Below, one piece after another: positions 1 to 12,054 of a stretch of 64,000 nucleotides of DNA; position 1 is the first letter of the stretch, and each line of letters begins with the position of its first letter. Location: assembly GCA_043228905.1 (NCBI GenBank), contig JBHGNT010000022.1, forward strand, positions 9,300,001-9,364,000. Direction: 5' to 3'. Source of the stretch: Azolla caroliniana. Lineage: Eukaryota; Plantae; Polypodiophyta. A program made the translations under genes and the position numbers. The notes under the pieces were generated by a model. That model was not told where the DNA came from. It searched no databases and saw only the letters and a list, made by a program, of their open reading frames with translations.

Positions 1-128
1 CAAGGCACTGAAAGATCATCAAACGAGAACCTACACACAGAGAACCCCCGCCTTCTGAACTCTCTCTCTCTCAATCTCACTCTCATCACCATCCAACCTC
101 GCCACCGCAATCCGACCTCGACACAGAC

Positions 129-2960
129 ATGGACCCGCAAATGCTGTCGGAAGCCGCCAACCCATGGCTAAAGCAACACGGGCTCGAGGGCTTCTTAATG
201 ATGATGGAAGTACCGCCACACAAAGAAGCCGACAAGGTGATCAAAGAAATCGACACAGAGGTCATAACGGCAGAGGCGATTCGAGCGTTAACAGGCCTTC
301 CAGAGGGAGGCATACTCACGATTGACAATCCAACCCCGGAGCAACTCATCAGGTATTTTGATGAGTACTCCCTAGCCAGCAAGGGCTACCGGACACAGGG
401 CAGCGGAGATATGTTGTTCCACGAGATTGCTCGTGTGCTCCACGAATACGGCCATGTGTACCCTAGACCCCCTGTCATGCTGCAGAACCGGGCAGGGATG
501 ATCATTGCCACCCATGAAGGGATCAAGGTGGATTGGCCGGTATTGATTGCAGACGATCAAGATCGTCAGAGGCAAAGACAGCAAAGAAGGCCGAGACGGA
601 CGGAGGATATGGCACGCCGTAACGCAGTGGCTCACCTTACTTGTGCCACCCGTCCAACCCGTCCAGCCCAAGAAGCGAGGAAGAGTGGCTGACGGCACCC
701 CAAAGACGGCGTCCAAAAGACAACAGTTGTTGGCCTCTAAGGCCACTAAGGGGAAGGTGGCGGACGCAGAACAGGCGGGAAAGGAGAGCGGCAGCCGGAA
801 GTGTCGAACGGATGCGCAGGAGGAACCACTGGCACGGCCCGTAAAGGTTAGACTTTGCCGACCGGTGAATAGAGAAGCAGACCCCTTGGCAGCAAAACTC
901 AATGCTCGGACTCAGGAAGAGGAAATAGAGGAGGAGCCTACGGAGCACCTCCAGCGACGGTCGTCGGCAAGGACCGTTGAGGCAGCCGGGAAACGTTCGG
1001 ACCCTCAGATGGAGGGAACACCGGCTCCCCATACTGAGACTCCCACGCCAAGGAAGGAACCGGAACCAGTGTGCATGGCACCGGAATCAGAAGCCCCGGC
1101 ACCACCGGCAACACCAACAAGTCCCATCCCGCCAGAGCCGGAAAGGTCAATGCAGCCTCCCTCGGCCAACCAAGAAGAAGCGCAAGGGGAACCAGGACAG
1201 CAGGGTGGTCCACCGGCAAGTTGCAACTTGGCACAACCAGGCGGGACCACCCATCTACAAGTGAGCCCATCTGTCAAACCTCCGTGCAAGCACAACAATG
1301 CACCGGTGGATAGGCGAACAGATAGCCGGAGCAGTGGGGTATATTGAGGCGGAAGAAAGAGCGCAAAGCGAACGGTTGCTCGTCACAACCGAACAATTAG
1401 AGACGGCCCGGTCCAGAATCCGGTGCCTTGAAAAAGACTTGGATCAGGTCACGATAGAGATGGCCAAAATGGCCTTAACGGCAACACAGATCCAATCACC
1501 GGTGACTCCGGTAAGTGTACAGAATAAAGAAACGGATCGACCTGTACATACCAATAAGACCCCGGCAATGGAAACCGTTCCGACAAGAGATGCGGCGCAA
1601 GCCCAGGAGCTTGTGGAATTGAGAGATGAACTTGCCGCACAGGAAGCGCTAAGTAGCCGTGAACGGGAATTGAAGACAGCGGCCGAACCCGAATTAAAGA
1701 AGACTACTGAGAACCTCCACCGGGCAGAGGAGAGCCTCCGGAAAGGCCATCAAGCGTATGACCGACTAAGGGAGGAAAAATACAAAGTGCTACAGGAAAA
1801 GGACAAGCTGCGGAAGACGGCGGAAACAGAAATTGAACGGCTAAAGGAAGAGCTCCGCCAGCAGAAGAACCGCGAGGACCGGGCCCGTCGACAGATCAAT
1901 GCACGGCTCAAGCAAAAGACAGATGATTTTGAGCACCTGCACCGGGACTTCAAACGGCTGGAAACGGAGCCTAAGGAACGGATGGCCGAGCTCCAGCAGG
2001 AAGTTGATCGGGCCGCGACGACGATCGCGGACGAACGTGCGGAAAATACAAGACGCTTGGATGAGGCGGAGAAGGTCCGGATGGAGCTCCAGAGGCAGCA
2101 ACAGGAAGAAAAAGAGAGAGCATCAACGGTATTGTAGAAATTACAGAGCACATATCAAAGGCAATTGACGCGGAAGACAACGTCAAAATCATCAAGCAAC
2201 TGAAGGAGGAACGGCAAGCGGCGGAAACCAAATCGCAATTGGGAACGGGCCGGATTCAGTCCATCCTTCGGTCATGGCTGAATCAGACAAAACACTTGAT
2301 TGACGAAAGCTCCGTAAGATGGTGGACAAAGTGGGCACAAAACGTGGAGGAACTCCAATTGCTATGGGTAGACGTGGCAAACCGGCGGAAGGAAGGAGAT
2401 GATTGTTATACGTTGACTTCCGAGGACTTCACCGCCATACGGGACGAGCTGGCCGACGACTTCCAAGTCCTAGCGGATGAATAGCTGGTCAGGCAACTCG
2501 TAGCTCAGCTAGACGATGATAGGCTGGATGCTCAAATCCAGTTTGAAAGCTACGAGCGGTCCCGAGTTCGGGAAGAAAAGGCACGGGAAGCGGCAACGGT
2601 TAACCTTAGTGATGAGGACCCGTCGCCGGCCGAGGGCCAGCCCAGAACTAGTCAACCGGAGACCACTACGACGGAGGGAGCAACGATGGAGACACCGGTA
2701 TCAGAGCAACAAACGGAGGAGTAGCCGTAGCAGCCACCAACGGACCCGGCGCAACAGATATCAACAGAGCAGCAACAACAACAACAACAACAACAACAAC
2801 AACCAATTCCAGATGAACCATTGGAGACTCTCGAACAAAGCATTCTGGATATTTTGGACGAAGAATAACAAGGGTCGATTGTGGATTCGACGTACAAGGT
2901 GCTGTCCCACGGGCGTGCCATGTGTTACCGGCTGGCAAAAGAGTCCAGAGTGGGAAACGG
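129..2960 (+). pseudogene. Frameshifted accessory (extra) ORF of an LTR retrotransposon: globular N-terminus, Pro-rich linker, long coiled coil, poly-Gln tail
   Basis: Consecutive overlapping + ORFs (129-692, 547-1347, 1298-2137, 2239-2484...) look like one reading frame broken by shifts and stops. The EAIRALTGLP...GIKVDWPVLI pattern resembles plant mobile-domain-like accessory ORFs of non-chromoviral gypsies (inference). Followed by a purine-rich tract and a TG start at ~2983. Confidence 0.55.
2773..2802 (+). repeat. (CAA)n microsatellite
   Basis: About 10 CAA units seen directly. Confidence 0.95.
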
Positions 2961-2964
2961 GGAG

Positions 2965-4669
2965 TTATTTAAGTAGTAGGAATGTGGTTGTAATTAAGCT
3001 ATGAGTGTGGACGGACGGACCGGAATCGGTATGCCGTTCCGGATCCGGACCGATCCCGAACAGGTGCGGATGGCACCGTTTTGTAATACAGACCGGAAAC
3101 CTATTTAAAGGCCCGGATACAATGTAATGAATAGCGGTTAATCCGGCATGTGACTTCGTGTCTACTTGACACACATCCGTATGCACCAACTCCAGTGGTG
3201 CCTTCCGTCTCATCGGTGGCCTTGGTATGAAGGAGGTCCGGTTTTGCTTACTGGTCAGACAATCAGTGCACTTCTCCAAGTGCACGTTCTTCACTGGAAT
3301 GAGGTTGTCGTCTGCAAGCCTCTTCATCCCCTTCTCGCTCATATGACACAGCCTCTTGTGCCACAGCTCACCGGCAGTGTCGGATGCCACGTTCACTTCT
3401 TCCGGACATAACCGGGCATTCATGAGGTACAACGTGTATACCTTCCGGGCCCGAGCCACAATCAGGCTCCCTTTGCTGAACTTCATGACACCGTTTCGGA
3501 TGCTACCCGTGTAACCTTCATCATCTAGCCGACTTGCTGATATCAGGTTCAGTTGAAGCTCTGGAACGTGTCGGACATCCTTCAGTAGCAACTTGCATAC
3601 GGTTGTTGTTGTCAGCCACACGTCTCCTATGCCGACAATTCGGCATGTACCTTCATTCCCCATGCGGACACAGCCGTGATCACCGGCTGCATAGAATGAG
3701 AAGCATTTCCGGTTCGGGGTAAGGTGGAACGATGCTCTGGAGTCTACCGCCCAGGTCATCTCATCGCCGGCAAGGTTTATCTCACTCTCCTCGGTGATGA
3801 GCATCAACTCTTCTTCACTTGCCGCGATTGCCGTTGTTCCCTTCCGGTCTGGCCCCCTCCGGTCTTTACCGTTCCGGTTCGGGGTCCGCTTCGAATCGGT
3901 ACCGTCGGTTTCCTTGTCTTTTTGGAAATGCCGACAGTTCTTTTGGAAGTGTCCCGGCTTGCCACAATAGAAGCAAGTAGGCCTTCCCCTTGACTTTGAC
4001 CGTGTCCCCGACTTCTCCCGGTTCTGGGGACTACGGTTTCTATGTCTTCCACGTTCTGATTCGGTAAGGAGCGCTTTGGAGTCGGAGCTCGTATCTTTAT
4101 CTTTCCGACGCGCCTCCTCATCTAGCAAGCTCGACTTTACTCTTACTAGGGATAACCGTTTTCCTTCCGGCCCGGCGTTGCCCAAAGTGACAACCAACGT
4201 CTCCCAGCTATCCGGGAGGGAACCGAGTAGGAGTAGCGCAAGTACCTCATCGGCGAGACGTACTTCCAATGAAGTTGCCTAGTGAATCAACCCCTGGAAG
4301 GCATTCATGTGCTCCGCCATGCAAAAGCCATCTTGGTACCAGAGTCTTATTAGCTTCCCGAATACCGAAACCTGATTAATAGAATTTTTGTTTTGAAACA
4401 TTATGTCGATCTTCTCCCAGAGTTCATGAGCCTTGCTCTCTTCATTGAAGTTGTTGTATAGGCTCATGTCGATGAAGCACCGTATGTACGCCGTTGTCTT
4501 CATGTGCATCACCTCCCATATCGCGGCGTCGATTTTGTCCGGTCTCTTGTCCCCGAACTGAACCGGCAGGCAGAGGTCTTTAACCACGAGCATGTCCCTC
4601 ATCTTCGACTTCCACACTGAATAGTTGGAGCCGGTGAGCTTGAACATGCCGCCAAACGATTCGTCCATT
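2965..4669 (-). pseudogene. gag-pol: Copia gag-pol fragment (ORFs 4279-4788 and 2965-4269; copia homology ends ~3142)
   Basis: CCHC zinc knuckle, degenerate protease WAVDSRAS, integrase N-terminal HHCC. Confidence 0.9.
2983..3141 (+). repeat. Probable truncated 3' LTR start of the element carrying the accessory ORF
   Basis: TGTGGTTGTA follows purine-rich gagtgggaaacggggag...agtagtaggaa; TATA-like ctatttaaa at ~3101; abrupt junction to copia sequence at ~3142. Confidence 0.4.
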
Positions 4670-5436
4670 TTCTGTGTCGTTTTTCTCTGATACCACTTGA
4701 CGGGAACTACAACGTTCCTTATGCGCAACGCTCGGCCACAACCGAGCTTAAAATCATACACAGAAAACGGGAAATAAATGCACGACACAAGAGAAGAAAA
4801 TGACTACGTAGGATGTTTACGTGGAAAACCCAAACTAAGGGAAAAACCACGGCAGCCCACAGGCTGCAAACTATCACTATGCTAGAATGTACAATAGTGA
4901 GTTCACGGAGGCAGCGACCTCAAGCTCACGATCTTCGCCACAGGCGGTGGTTACAACTAAGGCAACGACCTCTTCCTCTCTCTCTCACTCTCTCTGTACA
5001 TAGTTACGCGCTCTGATCTCGCGCAGACAACAATAAAACAACTACTACTAAAAGTTTGCCCTAAGTCATATTTATACTAATATGACTTTTCGGCTATTTA
5101 CAGATATAGCCTCGATGGACTCTCAGAAACATATTTACGAATATGTCTCTTAATCCGGTGACCATTCCTCACCGGGTCCGCACCATCCGGCTCTCCGTAG
5201 CCGTGTACTCCTCATCCGGTTCTCACCGGGTCTGCACCATCTGGCTCTCCGTAGCCGGGTACTCCTCTTCCGGTTCTCACCGGGTCTGCACCATCCGGCT
5301 CTCCGTAGCCGGGTACTGCTCTTCCGGTTCTCACCGGGTCTGCACCATCCGGCTCTCCGTAGCCGGGTACTCCTCTTCCGGTTCTCACCGGGTCTGCTCT
5401 TCTCCCTTCCCATTCAGAGGGACCTGTCTCCCAACA
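3142..5436 (-). mobile_element. 3'-truncated Ty1/copia element (Tnt1/Tork-like; same family as 17431-22691): 5' LTR 5436-4698, tRNA-Met PBS, gag-protease-partial integrase
   Basis: LTR TGTTGGGAGAC...CCCGTCA on minus strand, PBS TGGTATCAGAG at ~4696-4686, gag CFYCGKPGHFQKNC, GAG-pre-integrase LWHKRLCH, LELVHTDVC; in-frame stop at ~4280. Confidence 0.93.
5168..5397. repeat. ~57-bp tandem repeat x4 in copia LTR U3
   Basis: Unit ctcaccgggtctgcaccatccggctctccgtagccgggtactcctcttccggtt repeated; same array at ~49265-49490. Confidence 0.92.
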
Positions 5437-5800
5437 GGATGCATATGAATTATAAGGCATACCTGATTTAAGAATCCTCGGAATTGAGACCTTGTACCAT
5501 CAAAGTTTGTTGGTAAACTAATTTTGGGTTCTTTCAACAAACTTTGAGAGGTTGAAGCTTGTTGTCGAAGAGATAACACAATAGCTTCTAGTTGTTGGAC
5601 ACGTTTCGAGAGTTCCTCATGTTGTTGTGCCTTTTCAATGCTCACTTGTTGCAAGTTGCCAAGAAGTTTATGATTCTCTTGTTCCAATGCAACAAATTTT
5701 GTTGTTAGGAGGTCAAGTTCTGAGAGAATACGCATATACTCTTGTTTACTGACAGTCTCCATTTTGATGGAAAAACTTCACTAGATACTCGAGAAAAAAA
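5437..5800 (-). pseudogene. gag: Tcn1-like chromovirus gag N-terminus, interrupted by the copia LTR
   Basis: METVSKQEYMRILSEL...EPKISLPTNFDGTRSQFRGFLNQV, homologous to gag at 29933; copy at 49531-49856. Confidence 0.9.
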
Positions 5801-5804
5801 AAGT

Positions 5805-7378
5805 TGTTTTGCCCCTCACGGAACTAACACAGAAGAACCGACCATTTGTATGGACATCAAGCGCAAGTGATGCATTTGATAGCTTGAAGCAAGCATTTAC
5901 ATCTGCTCCCATTTTGGTCCACGTTGACCTTAAAACGTCGTTTATCATAGAAGCAGATGCATCTGATTTTGCACTAGGAAGTGTTCTATCGCAAGTAGCG
6001 AATGATGAGAAATTACATCCAGTTGCATTTCATTCAAGAAAGTTTGAACCTGCAGAAATCAATTATGAAATCCATGACAAAGAATTGTTGGCAATTGTTG
6101 ATTCTTTCGAACAACGTCGTCACTTCTTGGAAGGTTCTCCCCACCAAATTATTGTTTACAATGATCATAAAAACCTCACATACTTTCAAAATGCTCGAGT
6201 TCTAAATCGACGACAAGCTCGGTGGGCACAATTTCTAACACGATTCAACTTTGTGATAACATATTGACTAGGAACACAACAAGGTAAAGCTGATGCCTTA
6301 TCAAGACACTCTTATTTTGCACCAAAACCGGGGGACCCAACTTACGACAATCAAGAACAAGTCCTTTTGAGCCCTAGTCGTCTATGATTAATGGTGACAA
6401 ATGTTGCTGAGACAACTTTGGATTCAAAATTTCTCGATTCTATTCGCTCGAGCATTGGTTCAGATGATTTTGCACAAGATATTTTAGACCACATTGTTCC
6501 AGATCGTGCTTCTTGTTCACGCTCCAAGTTTTCTCGCATGGATTATGGGAACTTCAGTTGGCATGATGGGTTGCTTTTTCGAAATAACCGTACTTATATT
6601 CCCAATGGACCTTTTCGACTTGAAGTCTTGCATCACTGCCATGATTCACCGCTAGCTGGACATTTCAGAGTTTTGAAAACATTAGAGCTAGTTACCCGAA
6701 ACTATTGGTGGCCTTAGGTTCGTCAGTTTGTCATAGATTATGTTTCTACTTGTGATGTATGTAGTCGACCAAAGATGCCTCGACATCGGCCATATGGTTT
6801 GTTGCACCCATTGCCCATTCCAGATGGTCCGTGGAAATCCATTTCTATCGATTTCATCACAGATCTCCCATCTTCCCAAGGCTATGATGCAATTCTTACA
6901 GTGGTGGATCACTTTACAAAAATGGCACATTTTCTTCCATGTAGAAAAACATTTACTAGTCAAGAATTGACAAGTCTTGTTATGCGAGAAGTTTTCAAGC
7001 ACCATGGCCTTCCAGATGAAATCATTAGTGATCGTGGACCACAATTTATTGCAAAGTTTTCGACACACTTACTTGAGAGCCTTGGAATTTCCTGTAAACT
7101 ATCTTCAAGCTACCATCCTCAAACCGATGGGCAAATGGAACGAACAAATCAAACATTAGAACAATAGCTCCATTGCTTTATCAACTATCAACAAGATGAT
7201 TGGATGGATTTCTTACATATGGCAGAATTTGCTTGCAATAATTCAATCCATTCTTCTACGGGATTCACTCCGTTCTTTGCAAACACAGGATATTATCCTC
7301 GATGGATGATGCTTCAATTTCCAAAAGTCTCAAAAAATCCCACGGTCAAAGATCGTCTAGAAAAACTCAAAGAAATCA
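5805..7378 (+). pseudogene. pol: Tcn1-like gypsy pol fragment (RT connection, RNase H, integrase), inverted relative to adjacent gag
   Basis: EADASDFALGSVL, NYEIHDKELLAIV, HDSPLAGHF, SISIDFITDLP, YHPQTDGQMER; several stops; copy at 49903-51470. Confidence 0.93.
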
Positions 7379-7379
7379 T

Positions 7380-7793
7380 TCCCGATCTCCTGCTGGCGCT
7401 CCTATTTTTTTTGTTAAGAAAAGAAGATAATAACAAACGAGAAGACGTTTACAAGACAAAAATACAAGAATTTCTATTACCGGAAACCGAGATTACAAGG
7501 TTGTTGAAGACTGGTGTTGAACCATTCCGGTTCAACACTAAGCAGATCTTCAACTTGTATACTGTACATCAGAATGTGCATGATCGCCATATGGCATACA
7601 TGCTATGCGCCACTTGGCGTACAGGGTGCATGCCATTTGGCAGTCATCTAATGTGTCTAGTGCTCTAGAGTTCTTGAATAATAATAATATGAAAATATAT
7701 TTATTAATGAAAATGAGTTGGTGCAATGGTTGAAGCGTAAGACCATTGTTTCAAGGTCACAAGTTCAAACCTTCATATTAATATTTTGTGACA
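7380..7793 (-). repeat. Tcn1-like LTR (partial) with PPT at 7794-7812
   Basis: Minus strand reads gaggcagtaggaggatat|TGTCACAAAAT; same layout (tRNA-like module ~25 bp from the TG end) as LTR 34676-35140; copy at ~51472-51886. Confidence 0.65.
7712..7779 (+). promoter_or_regulatory. tRNA-like A-box/B-box module inside LTR
   Basis: TGGTGCAATGG (A box) ... AGTTCAAACC (B box) at tRNA spacing; no convincing acceptor or anticodon stem. Confidence 0.65.
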
Positions 7794-7835
7794 ATATCCT
7801 CCTACTGCCTCGTTTCACGTCGGATTCACAAAAGA

Positions 7836-8551
7836 TGTCGCGAAAATATGTGAACTTTGAGGCAGGACCCCGGGGCCTCTGACCGGAAGATATCAGATTC
7901 CTATGATTATATTAAACAATTAATACAAAATGATAAAGATTCACAAATTTCATTAATAAAGGGAAAGAAAGATTACAATCAATCTTAAGATTGAGATTAC
8001 AAAAGTTTTATCTTAAGGAGATTGCTAGAATAATAGATTAAAAGAAACTAAGATATGGATTCCATAGAGATTTAGGGTTCTTGGCTTTGATAAGAGATTA
8101 TGGTTACATGAGTATTATGGCTTCCGTAGGGAAGATTAGCGTTTTTTAGTGTTATGGCTTTTTCGTTTAGTTGCATGTGACCGTCCACATGACCTTTACT
8201 TTTTGCATGCACTCTAACTTTAGTTGCTTGCGTCCACATGGCCTTTACTTTAGTTCTCTTCACTTTACTTTAGTTTGTTGCATGATCCAATCTTCCATCC
8301 ATCCATGTTCAACCTCAAGGTGCTTATTTAGCCAGGGCCTTAAGTTTCCTATCTGTGTGGGATAGTTCTAATTTCCCTATCTTCTCAAACGTTATTTTCA
8401 CATAACTTGATATGTATTTCTCCATTTTGTATATAGTAAAATACATTTTGAAGCTCTTGAGTATATCCATCTTTGTATAGTAAGCTACTAATCTAATCTA
8501 TAATAATTATTTCATTGTTTTTTTACATAGTGTGTGAAGATTCACACAACA
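7836..8551 (-). repeat. Gypsy LTR of the TGTCGTGA..TCACGACA lineage (internal ~260-bp deletion relative to copy 51929-52905)
   Basis: Ends tgtcgcgaaa / ttcacacaaca; ccccggggcctctgaccggaag motif shared with LTRs at 9218 and 41102. Confidence 0.7.
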
Positions 8552-9217
8552 ACGTGGATGCGCGGTCGGGACTTTTGCGCGCGGATGCCTCTACGGTTTG
8601 GTTGCGACGCACATACGGATTGCGCACGGGCTAAACTTTATGGATGATTGGGTCATTTGGCCAAATTATATGGACGGTCGCATGCAACTAAAAGTCAAGG
8701 CCATGCAACTAAAAAGGGAAGCATCCAACTAAAAATAGACGCCATGGAACTAAAAGTGGACATGCAAAGTAACATTGGGAAGGAGGATCAACAAAGAGCT
8801 CGATTTATGTTCCATTTTCCCTCTATCTTTTTTTTTCCTCTTCCTTCTTCTTCTTTTCTCTCGAATTTCCTTGGGGAACCAATTATCTCTCAGATTGATA
8901 TCAAAATCTTGGCTTGGCTTGCTCAATCTTTCTTATCAAAAATTATCTCTCATATTCATATTGGACCACTCCTTACATGGTTGTTGGCTCCTTTCTTAAA
9001 AAAAATTATCTCTCATTTTCATCTCCAACCCGTTGCAACAAGATTCTTGAATTATAAAAGAATCTATTTTCTTATGCAATAAACGAACATTTTCTCTCAT
9101 CTACTCATCTTATATGTGAATTTTGGTTGTGTTGTACGTGCTGTAGTAAATGCTTCTAATCTAGAACCCCGGCGGTTCCGTCTCGCGATCCGCACATAGT
9201 GACAGATTTTCACGATA
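8552..9217 (+). repeat. Partial LTR of same lineage in + orientation
   Basis: 9161-9217 is the reverse complement of the LTR terminus at 41102-41158; TATAAAA at ~9054; copy at 52906-53573. Confidence 0.7.
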
Positions 9218-10297
9218 GCGAGACCACCGGGGTCCTGGACCGAAAGGATTCGATGTTTTTAGCAGCGTAAGCGAGAAAGTATTGAAGATAGATAGATGGA
9301 TGAAGAGAGAGAGAGAAATTGAGATAGAGATTGAACCCTTGACTTTAGTTTTACGAGACAAGATACATCACCATTAGGATAACTTCGATCTTTGATTAAA
9401 AGTTTCTTTTTTTACTTATATCACTTGCCTCTCTTACACAAGCCCAACTATAGGCTTTGATAGGTCTCTCCATGCAAAAACCATGGGCTAAACCCACAGG
9501 ATTAAACCATGGGTTAAAACCACAAGCCGAAACCATGGGATAAAACCATGGGCTAAAACCATGGTTTTGTGCCCACGGTTTCTATATGTTTGCTTCCTAC
9601 AAAATACTGAATATGAAAAGAAAATATACAAATTTTATAGCACTCAGTAGTGACTTTAGTGGTAAGTTAATTTGTCTCCTACATTGGAGGTGCAAGGTTC
9701 AAGCCTTGCTTTCACCCCTATGTATGCACTTAAATGTTACTAGGCTTTAGTCTTAGTTTTTATATTTACAATTGAGCGCACATCACACGTGCACATGTTT
9801 AACTTTACATCTACATTTTCTTTTTCTTTCTTTCTTTTTACCATAAAACATATGCTCCATTGGTATTAATAAAAGGCCCGGAGGTAGTATACAAATAGTA
9901 CATAATATTGTTTCATCTCCACAAATATATTCATCAAAAACAAGACCAAATATAAGCTTTGGCATTTATCAAGATACTGCTAATTATAATCCATGAATAT
10001 AGCTCTCAGCCTTGTCACTAACACCTTTACTAGGTAGAAGACCACATCTAAAAACGAAAACAATCTCCAACCTAGTTGTCCACCCTGGCTGGTAGTTTGA
10101 AAACTTCTTGTTCGCCTTTTGTTTCGCAAGTATTGAAGCTACATCTAGCTTTTCTTTTACGATTCTCATTTCAGTACTATTTACAACATGCTAGCATATG
10201 CATGTGGCCTTTGTCACTTTCTCACGTGCACATTGCATCTTCTTGATTTCATTTGTTGCACAGAATTTTCACACCATTGCCGAAAATCTTCATGACA
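9218..10297 (-). repeat. Gypsy LTR related to 41102-42087 (empty site of insertion 54210-58951 at ~9850)
   Basis: Shares both ends with 41102-42087 (ccaccggggtcctggaccg..., ttgccgaaaatcttcatgaca); aaaccatggg sub-repeats at 9477-9580. Confidence 0.85.
9644..9718 (+). promoter_or_regulatory. tRNA-like A-box/B-box module inside LTR
   Basis: D-arm gactt-tagtggt-aagtt; T-arm gcaag-gttcaagc-cttgc; loop ctcctac; identical copy at 54000-54074. Confidence 0.75.
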
Positions 10298-12054
10298 ACG
10301 TGAATATTAGACACTCCACAGTCTAGAGTAGAACGGAATTGCTGAGCGGATGAATCAGACAATTCAAGAAAGGATAGTCTCCATGCTCCAACACTCTGAA
10401 CTATCGGATGGCTTCTGGGCAAAGGCCCTACTTACGACAGTACACATAATCAACATGTCGCCAAGTAGGCCTCAAGGACTTTGAATACCTCAGGAATTAT
10501 GGACCGATAGTAAGCCGAATTATGACAAGCTGATGATTTTCGGATGTGAGGCATGCACCCTCATACCGGAAGACAATCGCCGAAAACTCGAACCAAAGTC
10601 TAGGAAATGCATTTTCCTTGGTTATGGACCAGATGGCGAAATCGGATACCGATTCTGGGACCCCGAGCACAGACAAATCGCCCGAAGTTCGGACGCAGTG
10701 TTCAATGAGTCGACTATGCACAAGATGGTTGAAAGTCCTATCGAAGTTCGAAGGGTAACTTTTTCCGAAGTGCTGACCCTTCAAGAAGGCTCAACACACG
10801 ACACGAGGTCGGCGTCACGGGTAGCTGAAACCTCTAGCACCAACTCAACACTGCTCGACTCGGCACAACTGAATGTTTCGGCTTTTGACCATCCGACATC
10901 CGGTTCAGAGGGGGAAACTATGAAGTTGGTATTGTATGCACCGATAGTCGGCTCCCTGATGTATGCGATGGTTGCGACACGGCCTGACATTGCTCACGCC
11001 GTAGGAGTCGTTAGCAAATTCATGCACAACCTTGGCCGATCGCAGTGGAACACAGTAAAGCATGTGTTTAGATATCTGGTGGGCACAAAAGACGTTGGCA
11101 TTCTATTTGGCCCGAACGACACCTTAGACGTAGTCGGCTATACCGACGCGGACTGTGCTGGATGTGTGGAAAATCGAAAATCAACAATCGGATACCGCTT
11201 TAATTTCGGAAATGGAGCAGTCTCGTGGAAATCGAAACTTCATGAGTGCACTGCCACATCAACGACCGAGGAAGAATACGTAGCTGCGTCCAATGCGGCG
11301 AAAGAGGCCTTATGGCTCGAACGGTTGGCTTGCACGTTTCGACAAGTCGAATTCACCTCGGCTCCAGTTATCTACAGTGACAGTCAAGGTGTTGTCACTC
11401 TATCGAAAAAGCCGGTTCAACACAACGCCTCGAAACACATCGACGTTCGATATCACTTTGTCGGAACTGCATCCTTTCAGGGAAAATCAGCCTCGAGAAG
11501 ATACCTGCAACCAATATTGTCGTAGATGGAATGACCAAGTGTGTTTCGGCACCAGATGGGCATAACTAAGAATCAGTCCAATTAAATCGGATACTCAGGA
11601 CGTTTTTCGAACAATCGAGTTCGACAGCTTGAAGCTTGGTCTTAGTTTTTCCCAATCTTGGCCAGTTCGGCCTTTAGTTTTTCGAAGTTTACCGACTCGA
11701 ACAAAATTTTGATTTGTTCACAAACTTACGGGGGAGTGTTGAATGCGGGTCTCTAATGGACGTATTCACATTGTCTCCTTTTGGACACACTAGGTTTAGG
11801 CTATTTGTGTAAATAATGAGAAGGGTAGTTGCCCTAAGTTAATCAGTATATAAATTGACTTTCTAACCTAGTTTTGTTGTTGTTGCAAATATAGTTCATC
11901 TTGTGCTTAACGTCTCTCTTTCTTCCATTCTTGTTGATCTTCATTCTTGATTTTGTCTCTAATTGCCATCAATCTTCTTCATTGCATCTATTAATGATCT
12001 CCTCACAAAAGAGCGCTGAGATTGTGCCGCACCTAGACGCCTGCGTTCTCAACA
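10298..12054 (+). mobile_element. 5'-truncated Ty1/copia (integrase C-terminus, RT largely deleted, RNase H, PPT, 3' LTR 11737-12054)
   Basis: KLEPKSRKCIFLGYG, VGSLMYAMVATRPDIA, SKHIDVRYHF; PPT gggggag then TGTTGA...TCAACA. Confidence 0.9.

Noticed and set aside
5168-5397. Regular ~57-bp repeats as a CRISPR-like array
   Set aside because: Head-to-tail units with no unique spacers, inside a copia LTR; no cas genes.
7204-7668. Integrase with a novel C-terminal extension
   Set aside because: Chance read-through from truncated integrase into an inverted LTR at ~7379; frame differs in the duplicate copy.
8260-8345. Possible A-box-like tggctaaataag on the minus strand in LTR 7836-8551
   Set aside because: No convincing B box at tRNA spacing.
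7836-10297. A single TIR (DNA) transposon bounded by TGTCG..GACA
   Set aside because: Resolves into three adjoining gypsy LTR pieces; the homologous end at 42087 abuts a PPT and integrase.
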